Shown piece by piece: positions 33,020 through 46,374 of a stretch of 63,522 nucleotides of DNA. The translations under genes were made by a program, and so were the position numbers. The stretch's first letter is position 1. The number at the start of each line of letters is the position of its first letter. The stretch is from Zootoca vivipara. Its lineage: Eukaryota. A model generated the notes under the pieces. It was not told the origin of the DNA. It was given only the letters and a program-made list of their open reading frames with translations, and did no database searches. Location of the stretch: positions 120,466,001-120,529,522 of the forward strand of contig NC_083278.1 of the NCBI RefSeq assembly GCF_963506605.1, written 5' to 3'.

Positions 33020-33900
33020 AGCCCTGGAGGAAGAAGGAGGAGAAGGGCGCTGGAGGCCGGCCAAGAGCGGGGCGGCTGCCCCGCGGAGCCCGACTAACCC
33101 AGGCCCCTCGGGGGAGCGGAGTAGGATCAGACGCTCCCTTGCTCCGTGCGCAGATCTCCCGGCTGTTGAGCCATCGAACCGGGGGGCATTGGGCGCTCAG
33201 AGGACTCAAGAGGGTCCGGGAAGCTGTCGACGCCCCCCTTTCAAGGGCAGAGACAAACCTTCCTCTGCTAAGTTAGGAACCGAAAGTTTGAGCGGTCTCT
33301 TGGCCACGCTCCTGGTGGGCTTGCGGGTGGAGGAGGGCTCTCCCGGGCGCAGGGCCCGGGCAAGAAGGGGCTCTACCTGCTGGCTGCGCTGGAGGGTCCT
33401 TCGCGGCGCACGAAAAAGGAGAGCGAGGAGGCGGAGGAGAGGCCCCTCGAAGTGTTGTCGGTCGCCTGGCGACCGGGAAGGGAGGGGCGGGCGGGCGGGG
33501 CTCCTTCCAGCTGCCCGAGAGCCTCTCCAGACTACAGGCCCAAGTGGACACGAAGAAAAGCATCGGGCGGGCGGGCCCGTACGGGAGGAGGCGCGATGCT
33601 CGGGATCGATCGGGGCTTCCTCACCACTCGGGGCTCCGGTTCGACGGGCCGGCTCATAGCTGTCAAGTTTTCCCTTTTATCGAGAGGAAGCCTATTCAGC
33701 ATAAGGGAATTTCCCTTTAAAAAAGGAAGAACTTGACAGCTATGGGCCGGCTGCTGGCTGGCTGGCTCCGCGGGGAAGAGCGGGGCTTGTAGCCCGGGAG
33801 GTCCTTTGGGCAGCTGAGCTGTGTCTGCACCCGCCGGCCCGCCTGGGGTGGCGCTGTCGGCTCGCGTCTGCCTTGGAGAACTCAGCGGAGAAGGGCAAAA
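33020..33900. promoter_or_regulatory. CpG island; probable promoter and 5' UTR exon region of CCDC121
   Basis: CpG-dense with GGGCGG boxes, directly upstream of the CCDC121 coding exon. Confidence 0.5.
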
Positions 33901-36324
33901 GTAGTCTGAGTTGGTTCTGCGGAGTCTCTTTGGCTCTGGCGCCCCCTACTGCTTGCCTCCCTCCTGCCATACCAGTCCCAGGGGGCACCGACCCCCCACA
34001 TTGCCCCTAACTTTCATGTGGGTTGCTCCTAAGTAGCCTCTGGTTGGACAGAAGAGCCCATCTAGGAGAAGGAAAACTTATCGTAAACATCTGCTGCCTT
34101 GGGGGAGATCTTCCAATGGTGGAGTTTCCTTCCTTGGAGGTTTTTAAACACGTGGGTTGGCCACCTGTCATGAATGCTTTAGCTGAGATTCCTGCATTGC
34201 AGGGGGTTGGGCTAGATGACCCTGGTTCCCTTCCAACTTTCTGATTCTATGAGAGAAGAAAACGCTCAGGAGTAAACACTACACAAATACGGAGTGGAGT
34301 CACCACCAAGGTTGGATGGCACCTGGAACAACACCTTAATCAGTGAGGCCGAGAGGGGTGCCGTCATCTGGGCAGCAGAAGACAACATACGCACTGCCCA
34401 GGCTTGGGGGGGGGGGGACTTCGGTAGTGCAAACACTGTGGTTTGACTTGTCCATACAGGAGATTGCATTTCCATCTCCAGTGCCAAACCTAAACCATGC
34501 AAAGAACTCAAGGTTTATGAATTGTAACCAGGTGTGTTACTGTAGGTTAAGAGGAACACATGTGGCCCTCCAGATGTTGGTAGACTCGCAACACCCAGCC
34601 ATGTGCCCTCTTTGGCCTGATCCAGCAGCCATGCTCTTCTTACGTCCTGATGGATTTAACAAGGATTTTTTCTTCCATAGTTCCCAGGAATGTATCTGCC
34701 ACTTCCAACTGTATGGCAGTGATGTATCTTAGAGAAGTCAGAGGCAACCACAGTCAATCACTTTCTGGTCACCTCCAGGATGAATTGCACTAATTGCATT
34801 TTATGAATATAGTTCAGAAACTTCATTTTGTCTAGAATGCTGCAGCCACATTGTTATCTGGGGGCAGCAGGACAAATCAAATGCCAACTTTCAATCTGTG
34901 TAATAGCCTACCAGTTTCTTTTGGGGATCCATCAAGCAGCCCAGTGTCTTTCTTCTCAAAACCTCAAACCAGCCATTGTCTCAGCAGGAACCACCTTCTC
35001 TGATGATTCTAAATGATCAAATGTGGGTGGGTGGGTGACTTCCTGTTGACAGGGAGCTTAAGGCCACGGCTTCCATCCTCTCCCTTTCCTGAACAGCAAA
35101 ACACCCCCCAGCAGCCACATGCACCTCCCTTTGTGTACATTTGCACAGGAGCAAGGGTCACTTTTCCGGGCCAGCCGAAGAGGGATACTCGCTGGGGTGG
35201 GGTGCAGTCAAGGCCACCCATGACGCCATCCCAGGGCACATGCTCCATCCAAGTGAGAGGTCAAGCTAGGCCATATCGAAGCATTCCTTTGCCACGTGGA
35301 TCCCTCAGAGTTCATGGTCTGCATGTTGTGTGTATTTGGGGAGAGAGATTATAGTCTGATTCCTGCAGGTGGTTCAGGATGTTTTTCTAGAACCTGAGCA
35401 CTCCAGTCACCCACCCCACCCCAAACCAAGCAAGAACAGGACACCCAGTCCACAGACACATCTTTTATTACAAAAAGAGAGGAGACCAGAACTCGCCAGC
35501 TGGTTTCCCATCAAAGACAGGAGGAGCAACACAGTCAACCTCCGGCTTCAGGGCAGAAAGGAAGGAAATGAGCTGTGCCAACCTCATGCACTGAGACAGA
35601 GAAAGGGGCAGGGACTCCAGGGGGCAGGGTGGACCCAGGCCCTTTACCCCCAACCCACCTGCCGTGCCCCTCATCCCACCAGGCCACACAATGACACTGC
35701 CAGCATATGCTGACTACAGGCACCACAGACAATCTGCTGTGAGCCTTGCAAGGTTCCCCAAGTCATTTCATGACCCACCTGGCTTGGGCTCAATCTGTAG
35801 GTGGATGGTGCCCAGTCTGCGCTGCCTAGCTGGGTGCTGGTGGCCGTGGAAGCACAGGCTGGGAATCTGAAGCCCTTCCTGTCTCCCTAGTAGCACACCA
35901 TGGTCCACCAGCCAGCCAGCCTCGCAGCAGAGGGCACAGGTGGCAGTGCCAGGGATGTGAGCTGGCAAGGAGAAAGCACAGATCGGAGGGGTTGGCAGGA
36001 AAGGCTGACAACCCACTCTAGCACGGCAGCCCAATGGTGGGGGGGCATGGAGGGGCATGGCATGGCATGGCAGCTCCTGAGACAAGGGAGTCGTTTTGGG
36101 GCAAGGCCCACCCAGACAGGGGGCAAAAAAAGGCATTCCCCAGAGACACAGATCCATCTCCCAAAGGGAAGAAGAACCTGTTTCTTGGCAGAGCAGGATC
36201 CCTGTCCTGGCCGGCACCAGCAGGGCAGTGTCAGATGAGGCCTCTCCCATCAGGCTGAGTGCCTCTGCTTGGAAGACCATCTGGGGCTTGAGGCTGTGGG
36301 ACCCCTTGGAAGAAGTGTCCCCCC

Positions 36325-39300
36325 CTATGTGCTCTGCTCATCAGGTTCTGACTTGTCAGCCCCCCTCTTCCTTCCAGGAGCATTCAGCGCAGCATCAAGG
36401 GCAGCTCGGAGGGAGGGAGCAGCATCCAGGCGGGCGCGGGCCTCTGGCACCGACCAGCTACGCAGGAGGCAGAGCAGGGCTGTGGGTACAACCTGGGCAA
36501 ATGGAAGAGACATGGGGAAATCTGCAGTCAAACTGACCATTATGTTTGTTAATAAGCATATGAAAGGGTTAAGGAATACAAAATTCCTGTATTCCTGCAT
36601 TTCCTGTGGCAGGAAATAGGACAAAAGATCTTAGAACCATAGTGTTGGAAGGGACCCCAAGTGTCATCTAGTCCAACCCCTTGCAATGCAGGAATCTCAG
36701 CTAAAGTACCCATTACAGAAAGCCATCCAACCTATGCTTGAAAACCTGAAAGGAAGGACAGTTCGCCAGCTTCTGAGAGAGAAGGTTCCACTGCCAAACA
36801 GCTCTCACTGTCAGATGTTTAGTCAAAGTCTCCTTGTTTGTAACTTGAAGCCATTGGTTTGGGCACCTTAATCTTTTCTTCCTCCTTTCCCCAGACTCCA
36901 TTTTGGAAACTAAATTTGCATTTTGCAACTAAGAAGTATTTTTTTTACCTGCATACCACTTTGATTTATTCGCTGTCAGCATTGAATGTAAGTAAAATCT
37001 TTAAAACAGGTGTTTCATTCTTAGCAATAGGGACAGAGAATGGAAATGTCAGTAGACCACAAATAAACAGGAATAAGAGATGTGATTGGTGTGACTTGTA
37101 CCTCCTGTGTCATGGCACAAGTGTGGGATGACCAGATGGAGAAGTGGGATGGCCAGCTGGGGGGGAGGGAGGGAGAGAACACCTGCCTACCTTGCTCTTG
37201 TCTGTTGCTACAGCAATGTGCTTGGAGACTGGAGCTGTGCGGAGAGCGTCCGAGAGCGGCTCAGGATCATAGATGGTTTGCAGGAGACCTTCCAGGCACT
37301 TGGCATGCGGATGCCCTGAGAACCTCTGGAGGGAGAGAGAGAAGTTGGGTGGGGCTGTCAGGGGGTGGCAAAGGACACAGACCCTTCCTGAGTGTGGGGA
37401 CTTGAGCCCAGCTTTTTCTTCAAGGTGGTGGCCCCACAGAGGGCCTGGGATGTGAGCAAACGTCACTCAGGTTCATGTCACATGTTGCCCTGACGGTGCT
37501 CATGGGTGTCTTTGGACCAGGCACTGTCTTTCCATGAGTAGTCTACCTAAGATGGTTGTTGTGAGAATCACAAGGATAAAGCCCGCCATTGCTTCCCAAA
37601 GCATCTTAGTGGATGATTGAGATACAAGCAAAACTGAGAGTCGGGCAGGGTCTCAGAGGCCCCCTCCCCCGTGTTAGAAAGTGGAAGGAGGAGGGAGCTG
37701 GACTGAGCGGAAGGCCTCGGCTGGCCTGACACTGCACCAGGCACTGCTGTTGCCCAAGCAAGACTCTGCTGGCACTCTGATGGCCAGCCCTCACCCTGGG
37801 AAGTGGACACCCATTGACTAGCTCCATGGCCCTGCAGGGGAGCCTTCTGGGATACCCAGTACCTGCAGGATGCTGACTGCCCTCCAGAAGAGCTTGGAGT
37901 TGCTCACTCGCAGGTCTACCATGTAATTGCGCAGGATCTTGCCCTTCAGTACGTGAGCCCCGGTGCTGACTGTGTTCAGGATCCACTTGGTGCTGAGCTC
38001 CCTTTGGAACCTCTGCAAAGGGACAGGGGGTGGGCTGAATGGGCAAGTGGAGGGTGGGCAGAGAAGGGCCAGGCCGGGGGGGAGGTCCAGCCTGGACACC
38101 AAGCAATTCTCCCCCCCCCCTTGTCAGTGGCTCCCTGCTCCCTACAGCCCCCTCCTCACCTGGATGAACTTGCCTTCATACTCCAGGAACAGGATGGGCC
38201 ACATGATGCTGATGATGGAGGGGAAGAGCTTCTTGAGTGAGGCCTGGCCGGCGGGGGGGGGGGGAGCAAAGCAGAGAGGGAGGGGAAACAGTCAGCCAAA
38301 AGGTCCAGCTCTGAAAGGGGCTTGCTCAATAGGTGGGGCAGAGCCCTCTTGCATGTGTGATTCTGCCCCTCCAGGGCAGTGGACTATGGGTCATAGCCAT
38401 CGTGACCAGTAGCCATCAGTCATCAGGTATTGAGGGCCTGCAAGCATGCCCACCTTGCAGACAGCACCTACCGGCAGGTATTGCCCAACTGTGGCATGAG
38501 AAAGGGCTTGCACATTGGAGGTCCTCTCCTTCACCTGAACCACCAACTTCTCCACTTCATCAAGGTTGTCTGCAGTCGAGAGAGGAGAGAGGGGTGTTGG
38601 TGGCAAAGGGTTTAGGGTGCTCACTCCCCCACCAGCTGTTTCCCTTTCCGGAAAGGAGGGAGAGGTGCCGATCCAAGTGCCTTTGACTCACAGGTGGGGC
38701 TGTCTTATGTGGAGCCAGCCACTGGTCCAGGCAGCCCAGGATTGTCTCCAGGGGCACCGGGGGGGGGGCAGGATGGCCCCCCTATGTGTAGGAGATTAGC
38801 ATTCAAAATATAACAGTTAAGAAGTCTAGGGGCTGTAAATTGCTAGACATGCAGATTTGGACCATAGAAATGTCAAAGGTGGAGAGAGAGAGAGAGCACA
38901 CTGTGTGATGTCATCCATTCACCATGTCTTCAAGGCAGATGGATGTTGGTAATCTCCCTGACTGCACAATACAATTTTGTAATCAGCTATATATTTTGAA
39001 ACCCTTAAGTATTTTACTGCCCATAGTTTTACTGCTGCCTTTGCTGTGATCCAATGCAAGACTGCTAAGTAAGTAAACACTAATTTTACTGACTTTATAA
39101 GTTGTTGCCTGATTCTTTGTTAAGAGGGGTAAGAAAAGGGGAAGCCAGCTAACCTTAGAAGTAGTAGTAGTAGTAGTAAGAGTAATAATAAAAATAATAA
39201 TATATTTTTTCTGCCCCACCCACCTGACTGGGTTGCCCCTGCCACTCTGCATGGCTTCCAACAAAATATAAGAAAACAGAACAAAACAAAACATCAAGCA

Positions 39301-42300
39301 GCTGGAATTGCTCAGAAAATACGGCAATCTTTGCAGCCTAGTTTCAAGCATCTACCGTATATTTTGCTGCCAAGGATGGGGTTCTCTGCGTAACCCATAC
39401 ATACACATGGAAGACTGGCAATTGTAATTAATGTATCCTCCCCATGCCATCCATAACCTGATCCAGCCACTATGGACAGGCTCTTCTCATGTTCCTTGCA
39501 AACTGTGATTCTTTTCAGCTAGAGGTGTTGGTGGCTGGACCCCAGAGCCGCCTCCTGCTCTGAACTAGGCAAAGAGGGATGGAGGTCGGGAGCCCTCAGA
39601 GCGCTGGCTCCAGCAGCCCCCCCTTCTGCCATCCCTTCTGTGCTTGCTGAGCTGCAGACTCCCTCCTCCTCCCACCTCCTGGCTCCCTAGAACACCCAAA
39701 GGGCCCTGCAGCTGGATCCGGCCAAAGGGAGCCCATCTAGCAGAGCATCCTGATCTCACGGTGGCCAACCCAAAGGAAGCCCGCAAGCAGGATCTGAATG
39801 CAGCAGCAGCAGCAGCAGCCCCCCTCTTCACTTGGGGCTCCCAGGAACTGCTCCTATTCAGAAGTATCTTGGCTCTGAAAGTGCAGGCAGAAGCCAGCCT
39901 TGTGTCTTCCATGAATTTTCTTCAGAGTATAAAACCACCACCACTACCACCACCACTCCTCTTGAGGGCAGCCAAGTTGGTGGCCATCTCAGCCTCCACA
40001 GTCTAATAATAATAATAATAATAATAATAATTTATTTGTACCCCGCCCATCTGGCTGAGTCTCCCCAGCCACTCTGGGCGGCTTCCAATCGAATATCAAA
40101 ACAATACAGCAATAGCACAATTACAAAAGTCACAAACAATACATAAACCATAAACCATATAATCATGGGGAGACACATTCTCCTTTCTCCAACATCTCCC
40201 AAGAGGCCCTTCTGCCCCCCTGCCTCACCCTCCCACCTCTCACCATCCACTGTGAAAAGGAAGAGGACGGTATCCAGCTCCGTCAATGATGGGAGGATTG
40301 TTTTCACAAAATCTTCTTCAGAGAAAGCAAACTTGGGGCCCTGCACAAGAAAGACAGAAAGAAGAAGCTGTCCACACCTGGCTTTGGTGGGAGGGGGATG
40401 CAGCCACAAGGCATGTGGGGGGTCTTGAGTTATGGGTTGGCCTTGATCTACTAGAAATGAGATGAAAGCCGTCATTTTGGATGCCCTGGCACTGCTTGGC
40501 GTGTGTGCCCAACTCCCATGTGCCTTGGAGAAGTGGATGGCCCTTGGAGGGGGCAGCTCCTCTTGCTTTCGGGGTTGGGCCTGTGCATTTGGGTTTGGTG
40601 TCCCCTTTCTGTAGAAGCCCCGAAAAGAGAAGGAAGTGAAGAAGGAGAAGACCCCAGCCTAGGAGGTGTCCAAACAACCTCCTCCTCTGACCACTCGCCT
40701 GTGCAATCAGATCAGCCTCTCTGTTGAACATTTCGCTGCGGTCCCCAATGAGGAAGCCCCGGACATCGTTGATGTCTGTGCCACGAAGGGAGAAGCAGAA
40801 AAGTGAGTTCATGTGTCTGCATAGGAAGGAACCCTCTCTCACACACACTCATGCACACGTACTGGAACCTCCTGCCAATCACCTGCAGCCGCCTCCAGCC
40901 CCTCCATCAGCACATGACATTTCCTGGCCCTGGTGAATGAGGACATTCTGGAGGGGGTGAGTCCCACATTCACAGAACTGCTCTCTGCCCAGTCTCAATT
41001 CACCCTCCTTGCCTGGTAGGGCTCACCTGCCCCAAAGGTGGGGATGCACTCGGCCCCATCCATGATGGCGATGATGCCCAGGGTGTGCCAGCCGACCAGG
41101 TAGACATAAGCCTTCTTCTGTAGGCTGCGGCGGAGAGAGGCAGAGATTGTGCTGGGAGGCAGAGAGTTTTTGACAGGCCAAAGCCCACAGGAGCTGAGGT
41201 TCAAGGAAGATAAATTCTGGTTGGTGTGAAGAGATTCCTGCCCACCTGAGGCTCACCTGGTCCCTGCTTGCTTCACAAGGGCAGCAATCTTCTTGCTCTG
41301 ACCATAGGTGACTTTGTGGGCCCGTTCGTAGGTGCGGAGGATTTCCAGAAGACACCTGCAGAGAGGGTTCAGAGGGAACTCTGTTGGGCTTTGTGCTGCT
41401 GGTCAGCTGCCAGGAGAGGGACTGGGCGCTAAGAGAGGCTCCTCTCCCCACCCCATGGAGGAGCCCCCAGAGGCTGGCCTGCTTGGCTTCTGCTCCATAA
41501 CTCACTTCTCTGAGATCTCGCTGTCCTTGGAGACTGTCTTGTGTGCAGTCAGGAGCAGAGTTTCCAGAAGGATCTTGGTGGCGCTGCCGCCCTTCATGCG
41601 GGATGAGCCAGTGAGCCCTTCAGGCTGAAAGAGCACAGCAGGCTGAGATAGGTTCCTTGCCTGGTCCTTAGAGGAGACTTTCCCAATGCCCCATGGAGCT
41701 GCCAGGATGTGCCAGAGATCAGGGCCCCATGGACTGGGCTGGCAATCCTGCCTGCCTGCACTAGCCCATCGGAGGCCTTCCTGGGAACAAGCTCTTATAC
41801 TGGAGCACAACTAAAGTATGCCCTGAGGCCCACAGCCAGCAGCTCTTGTTATGAGATGGCGAAACACATTGCCCTGAAAGATAGAACTTGCAAGGAAGTA
41901 GATTTCAGGTAAACATGCTTATTGAATTCCATTTATTTCATATATGTGAGTGCTGGGGAGAGCAGGGAATGGAGTGCACATGGGGGAGGCTTCTACTCTA
42001 GAACAGGCTCCTGCCTGCAGAGGGGCTCTGTTTGGCTTGGGACCATGGCACACCCTTTCCTCACTGACTGATGGCACCAAACCCTTTTGAAGAACCATCA
42101 CCATCCGAGGGCCTCTTCCAGGTGCCTCACCTGAGGGAGGTGCAGCAGGTGACACCTGAGAACAGGCTCAGTCAGAGGTGACACCCCCTGTCCCCTATCT
42201 GTGAGCTGCTCTCTCCAGGGGACCATCCTCAGCTCCACCAATGCCAGTATGTACTGTGGATGTGCAGGGATGGTAGGTCTGATGAGGGAAGCACAGGGAA

Positions 42301-45032
42301 GCCCCCCCCCCCGCTCCCCAGCGCTCACCCCCACGGCAGGATTGAGGATGAAGGCCTGGTGGGTCTCCTGCAGCTTCTCCATCCTCTCAGCCACTTGCCG
42401 GAAGGTGGAGTGGAAACCCTCAATCTTGTCTGTCCTGTAGGAAGATGTGGGGTGTGCGAGGGCAAGCAGGGGCCTCTTGCCCAGATCCCCCCCCCTTTGC
42501 TGGATTCCAACACTGTCCAAGCCACCTCATCACTTCCTTCACATCCACAAGGTCACCCTCCCCAGAGCCCCACATGGACCTCCTCTTGCTTTCCACAGGG
42601 AGAATTTAGAATGTTTATTACATATTACTGTTAATGGTGTGGTTTGTACAGATGAACATTTCACAAAGCCCAACCTCTGAAGCAGAAAGAAGATTGCATC
42701 CCACCCCACTCTCACTCTCATTCTACTTTAGCTGGGGATTTCTTGTTTATCTTACTGAAATGTATGGTTCATTCCTAGCAAAGGGCACAGAGGGGGGAAA
42801 GTCAGCAGACCACAAATAAAGAGGGATAAGAGGTGTAATTGCCTAATTTCTAGATTCTAGTAAGCTGCAAAAGCGTCGGTGTGTTTTTACTCTGCTAAAA
42901 GGGCTTCACAGCCTGTTTACTCTCATATTTGCCCACCACACATGGGATTGGTGATTTAAATTTAAAGTTACACATTTAATTCTCAACCCATCTCCATTAT
43001 CTGCTTTCTTCTCCCTGCCCCGCCCCTCCCCCCTCTGTAAAGATGATGCCTCAGCCAAGCGCCTCCCAAGCTCGAGATGGCTCTGGCCTCTGGCACAGGA
43101 GATGCTCTGAACAGGGTTGGCCAATTGGCCAGACTCGGCAAAGTGTTTGGCAGCTCACCCTGCAGCTCTTCTGGACCTGCCCCCCCTCCTTACCTGGCCA
43201 TGGTGACTGGGTTGAATCCCACCAGAACTGGGACATAGATGTCCAAGTTGTTCATGCAGAAATCCAGCTGCCCAGCCACGTAGGGAGCCTGTTGCAAGCA
43301 AGCAGAGCCCGTGTGAGGCAGCACCAGCCACAGTGGCCATGCCTTAGTTGCAGTCACAGGCAGGCAGCCTCTGCTCCAAAGGCCATGTTCCTCCAGGCCA
43401 AGCTCCAAAGGGACCCCTGGATTAGGAAAGGTTACTTCCATCTTCCTGGACCCATATTTCCTCTTTCAGGCCTGGCACCAATGTGCAAAACTCAGCGCAA
43501 CAACAAAGGAAGAGCTGCTGCATCAGGCCAAAGGAAGCCCACCTAGTCCAGCATCCTGTTCTCACTGTGGCCAACCAGCTGCCCCAAAGGGAAACCTGCA
43601 AGGAAGAGTCGAGCACATCTACTCTCCCCTCCCATGATTTCCGGCCACTGCTATTCAGAAGCATTGCTGTTTCCGATCGTGGAGGCAGAGCAGACTAGTA
43701 ACCGTTGTGGCCAGCAGCCATTGATAGCCCTCTCCTGCTCCATGTATTTGTCGCCTCCTCTTTGAAAGTCATCCAAGTCAGTGGCCATGACTGCCTCCTG
43801 TGGCAGCAGGTTCCATAGTTCATTACACGTTGCCTCACTGACTGGCAACAGCTCTCCAGGGCAGGGGTAAGCAACCTAAGGCCCATGGGCCGGATGCGGC
43901 CCAATCGCCTTCTCAATCCGGCCCACGGAAGGTCCAGGAATCAGCGTGTTTTTACATGAGTAGATTGTGTGTTTTTATTTACAATGCATCTCTGGGTTAT
44001 TTGTGGGGCATAGGAATTTGTTCAATTCCCCCCCCCCCAAAAAAAATATAGTCTGGCCCACCACATGGTCTGCGGGACGGTGGACTGGGCTCTCCTCCTG
44101 TGCCACTTGGAGACGCTGCCCTGGGGGATCAAACCTGTGACTTAAATCAGATGATCCAACCACTGAGCTCCAGTGGCCCTTCCCCATTGCCAGCAGAAAT
44201 ATCCACTGGACACACCTAAGGACTTGGCAGTGAGGGAAGAAGAAGAGTTTGGATTTGATATCCCGCTTTATCACTACCCGAAGGAGTCTCAAAGCGGCTA
44301 ACATTCTCCTTTCCTTTCCTCCCCCACAACAAACTCTCTGTGAGGTGAGTGGGGCTGAGAGACTTCAAAGAAGTGTGACTAGCCCAAGGTCACCCAGCAG
44401 CTGCATGTGGAGGAGCGACGACGCGAACCCGGTTCCCCAGATTACGAGTCTACCGCTCTTAACCACTACACCACACTGGCTCCCAGTGTGGAGTTTGTCA
44501 GAGGTGGCTTTTGTGGTCCTCCATGTGAAACCTTCTGGCTGGGGTGGGGTGCAACATCCCTCTCGTCTTCTGCTCCCCTGCCCATCTGGAACAGAGATAT
44601 ATATCCCTTCATCTACTACAGGAATTGGGAGGGTCCCTCCCTCCCCACCTCCCTCCACTCCTGTTCTGTCCTGCATGAAATACTCACAGACAAACCACAT
44701 GAAATCCCAAAGAAAATGACCTTCTTCTTCCCTTCACAGACCTGGAGGAGGAGAGAGAAAAGGGAGCGCAGGTGTCACTGTTATGCTGTTGCTGCTGCCC
44801 CTCACTCCCCAGCCCTCCTCCCTAGGCCAGCATCAGCTGCCTCCACCTCCACCCAGGGCCAAAGGCACCCGCCATTTCTCCTGTGGGCTCTCTTCCTGCC
44901 AGTGAGGCAAGGGAAACCAAGGCCTTTAGATGGCCCTGTGGTGGAGCTGCTCTCCACCAGAAGAATCTGTAGCTGGTGCTTGTTCCTTTGCAACAGCAGC
45001 TCTGGGGAGCTGAGGGTGCTGATAGACAAGGG

Positions 45033-45078
<46 letters not shown>

Positions 45079-46332
45079 AGCAGCCTCACCTTGTTTAGGT
45101 CCTCAATACCCAGCAGCGCATTGTCCTCAGGGCCCTCCAGGGATGCTACAAGAGACCTGTGAGAAGGGGCATCAGAAATGCACTTGTCTGTGTGGAAACT
45201 GAATTTGCAGGCAAAATGAGATTTCAAGTTTTGCTGGATAAGCAAAGGGTTAAGACACCTGGAGATCCCCTATAAATTCCTAAAGAGGACACTCTGTGAG
45301 GTCATATCCTCTGCTTCCCGTTGGTAGGAAAAGTAACAAATGAAAATATTCCTTATCACTTCCTCCCTCCTCAGTCTCTTTTTCACCATGGAGCTGAAGA
45401 GAAGGATGCTTAATCTAGACTCCATTTTTTTATCTCAACCATATTTTTATAATGTCAGATTCTGCCTCTCTTGTTTTCACTGCTGCTTCTGCTGGGATCA
45501 GCTCTGAAACTTTATGTAACAAGGTTAAGCCACCTTCTCCCAGAAGTTTCCACATCTTATGCTCCAAAGGGATGCAGACCCTTCAACTGTCCCAATTTAA
45601 TCAGGACATCTGATTTTGAGGGGCCATGCTTTCAAGCGAGATCTTGGCCTGAAATGTGTGCACCCTAGTTTTCTTCTTGGACATGTTGGAGGGTATGAGG
45701 ATGGTCATTTTACACACTGCTAACTAGATGTCAAACTCACACAAATGAGTAAGAGGAAGGATAAATAATAAATAATATCCCACCCTGCCCTCCAAATCCA
45801 CCCAAAACTCTGAACCCTCCAACATGAAACTCTGCAGTCCAGAGCTCCAGTTACCACCAGCACCACACAAATGCACACATGAAAAGACTCTCTTCTCCAA
45901 ACTCAGGTCTGCACCTGAAACGTTTGCACATGCATTTGCCCCCCATGTCCCAGACACCCCCCACACCAGTCTAGTAGCCTAGAGTCCCAAATGGCCTTTT
46001 TTGCAACCCACCTGCTCATCCTGTGTCCTTACCTGTCCCCCCCAGCAATTATATATGTGTACTGGGGCAGCTGCCCCAACCCCTTCAGGAGTATGTTAAA
46101 GGATACCTAGGAAAAACAGGCACAAAGACAGTCAGGGAGGGCGACCTGTGCCCCCCCCCCAGCTCTGAGGGACCACCCCAAAGGCCACAGTGCAAAGCCT
46201 GCCCTTCCTAGCAATGCAGTCCCTTTGTGGCATCCCAGGCAGGTGCCCCCTCCTGGTGCAGCCCTGAGCCAGGCTTAGTGGCAAACCCTCCAGCACTGAC
46301 TCCCAGGGACAAGGGGGCAAGCCTCGGGGATG

Positions 46333-46374
<42 letters not shown>

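Noticed and set aside
32258-33276. Long plus-strand ORFs over CCDC121, and other GC-rich ORFs such as 25221-26252 and 11210-11940
   Set aside because: Antisense or alternative-frame shadows of real exons and CpG islands, where stop codons are scarce.
46098-46106. Perfect U12 donor GTATCCTTT on the minus strand in GCKR
   Set aside because: It is the first three codons (Val-Ser-Phe) of exon 5, directly after an acceptor, and is needed for the protein.
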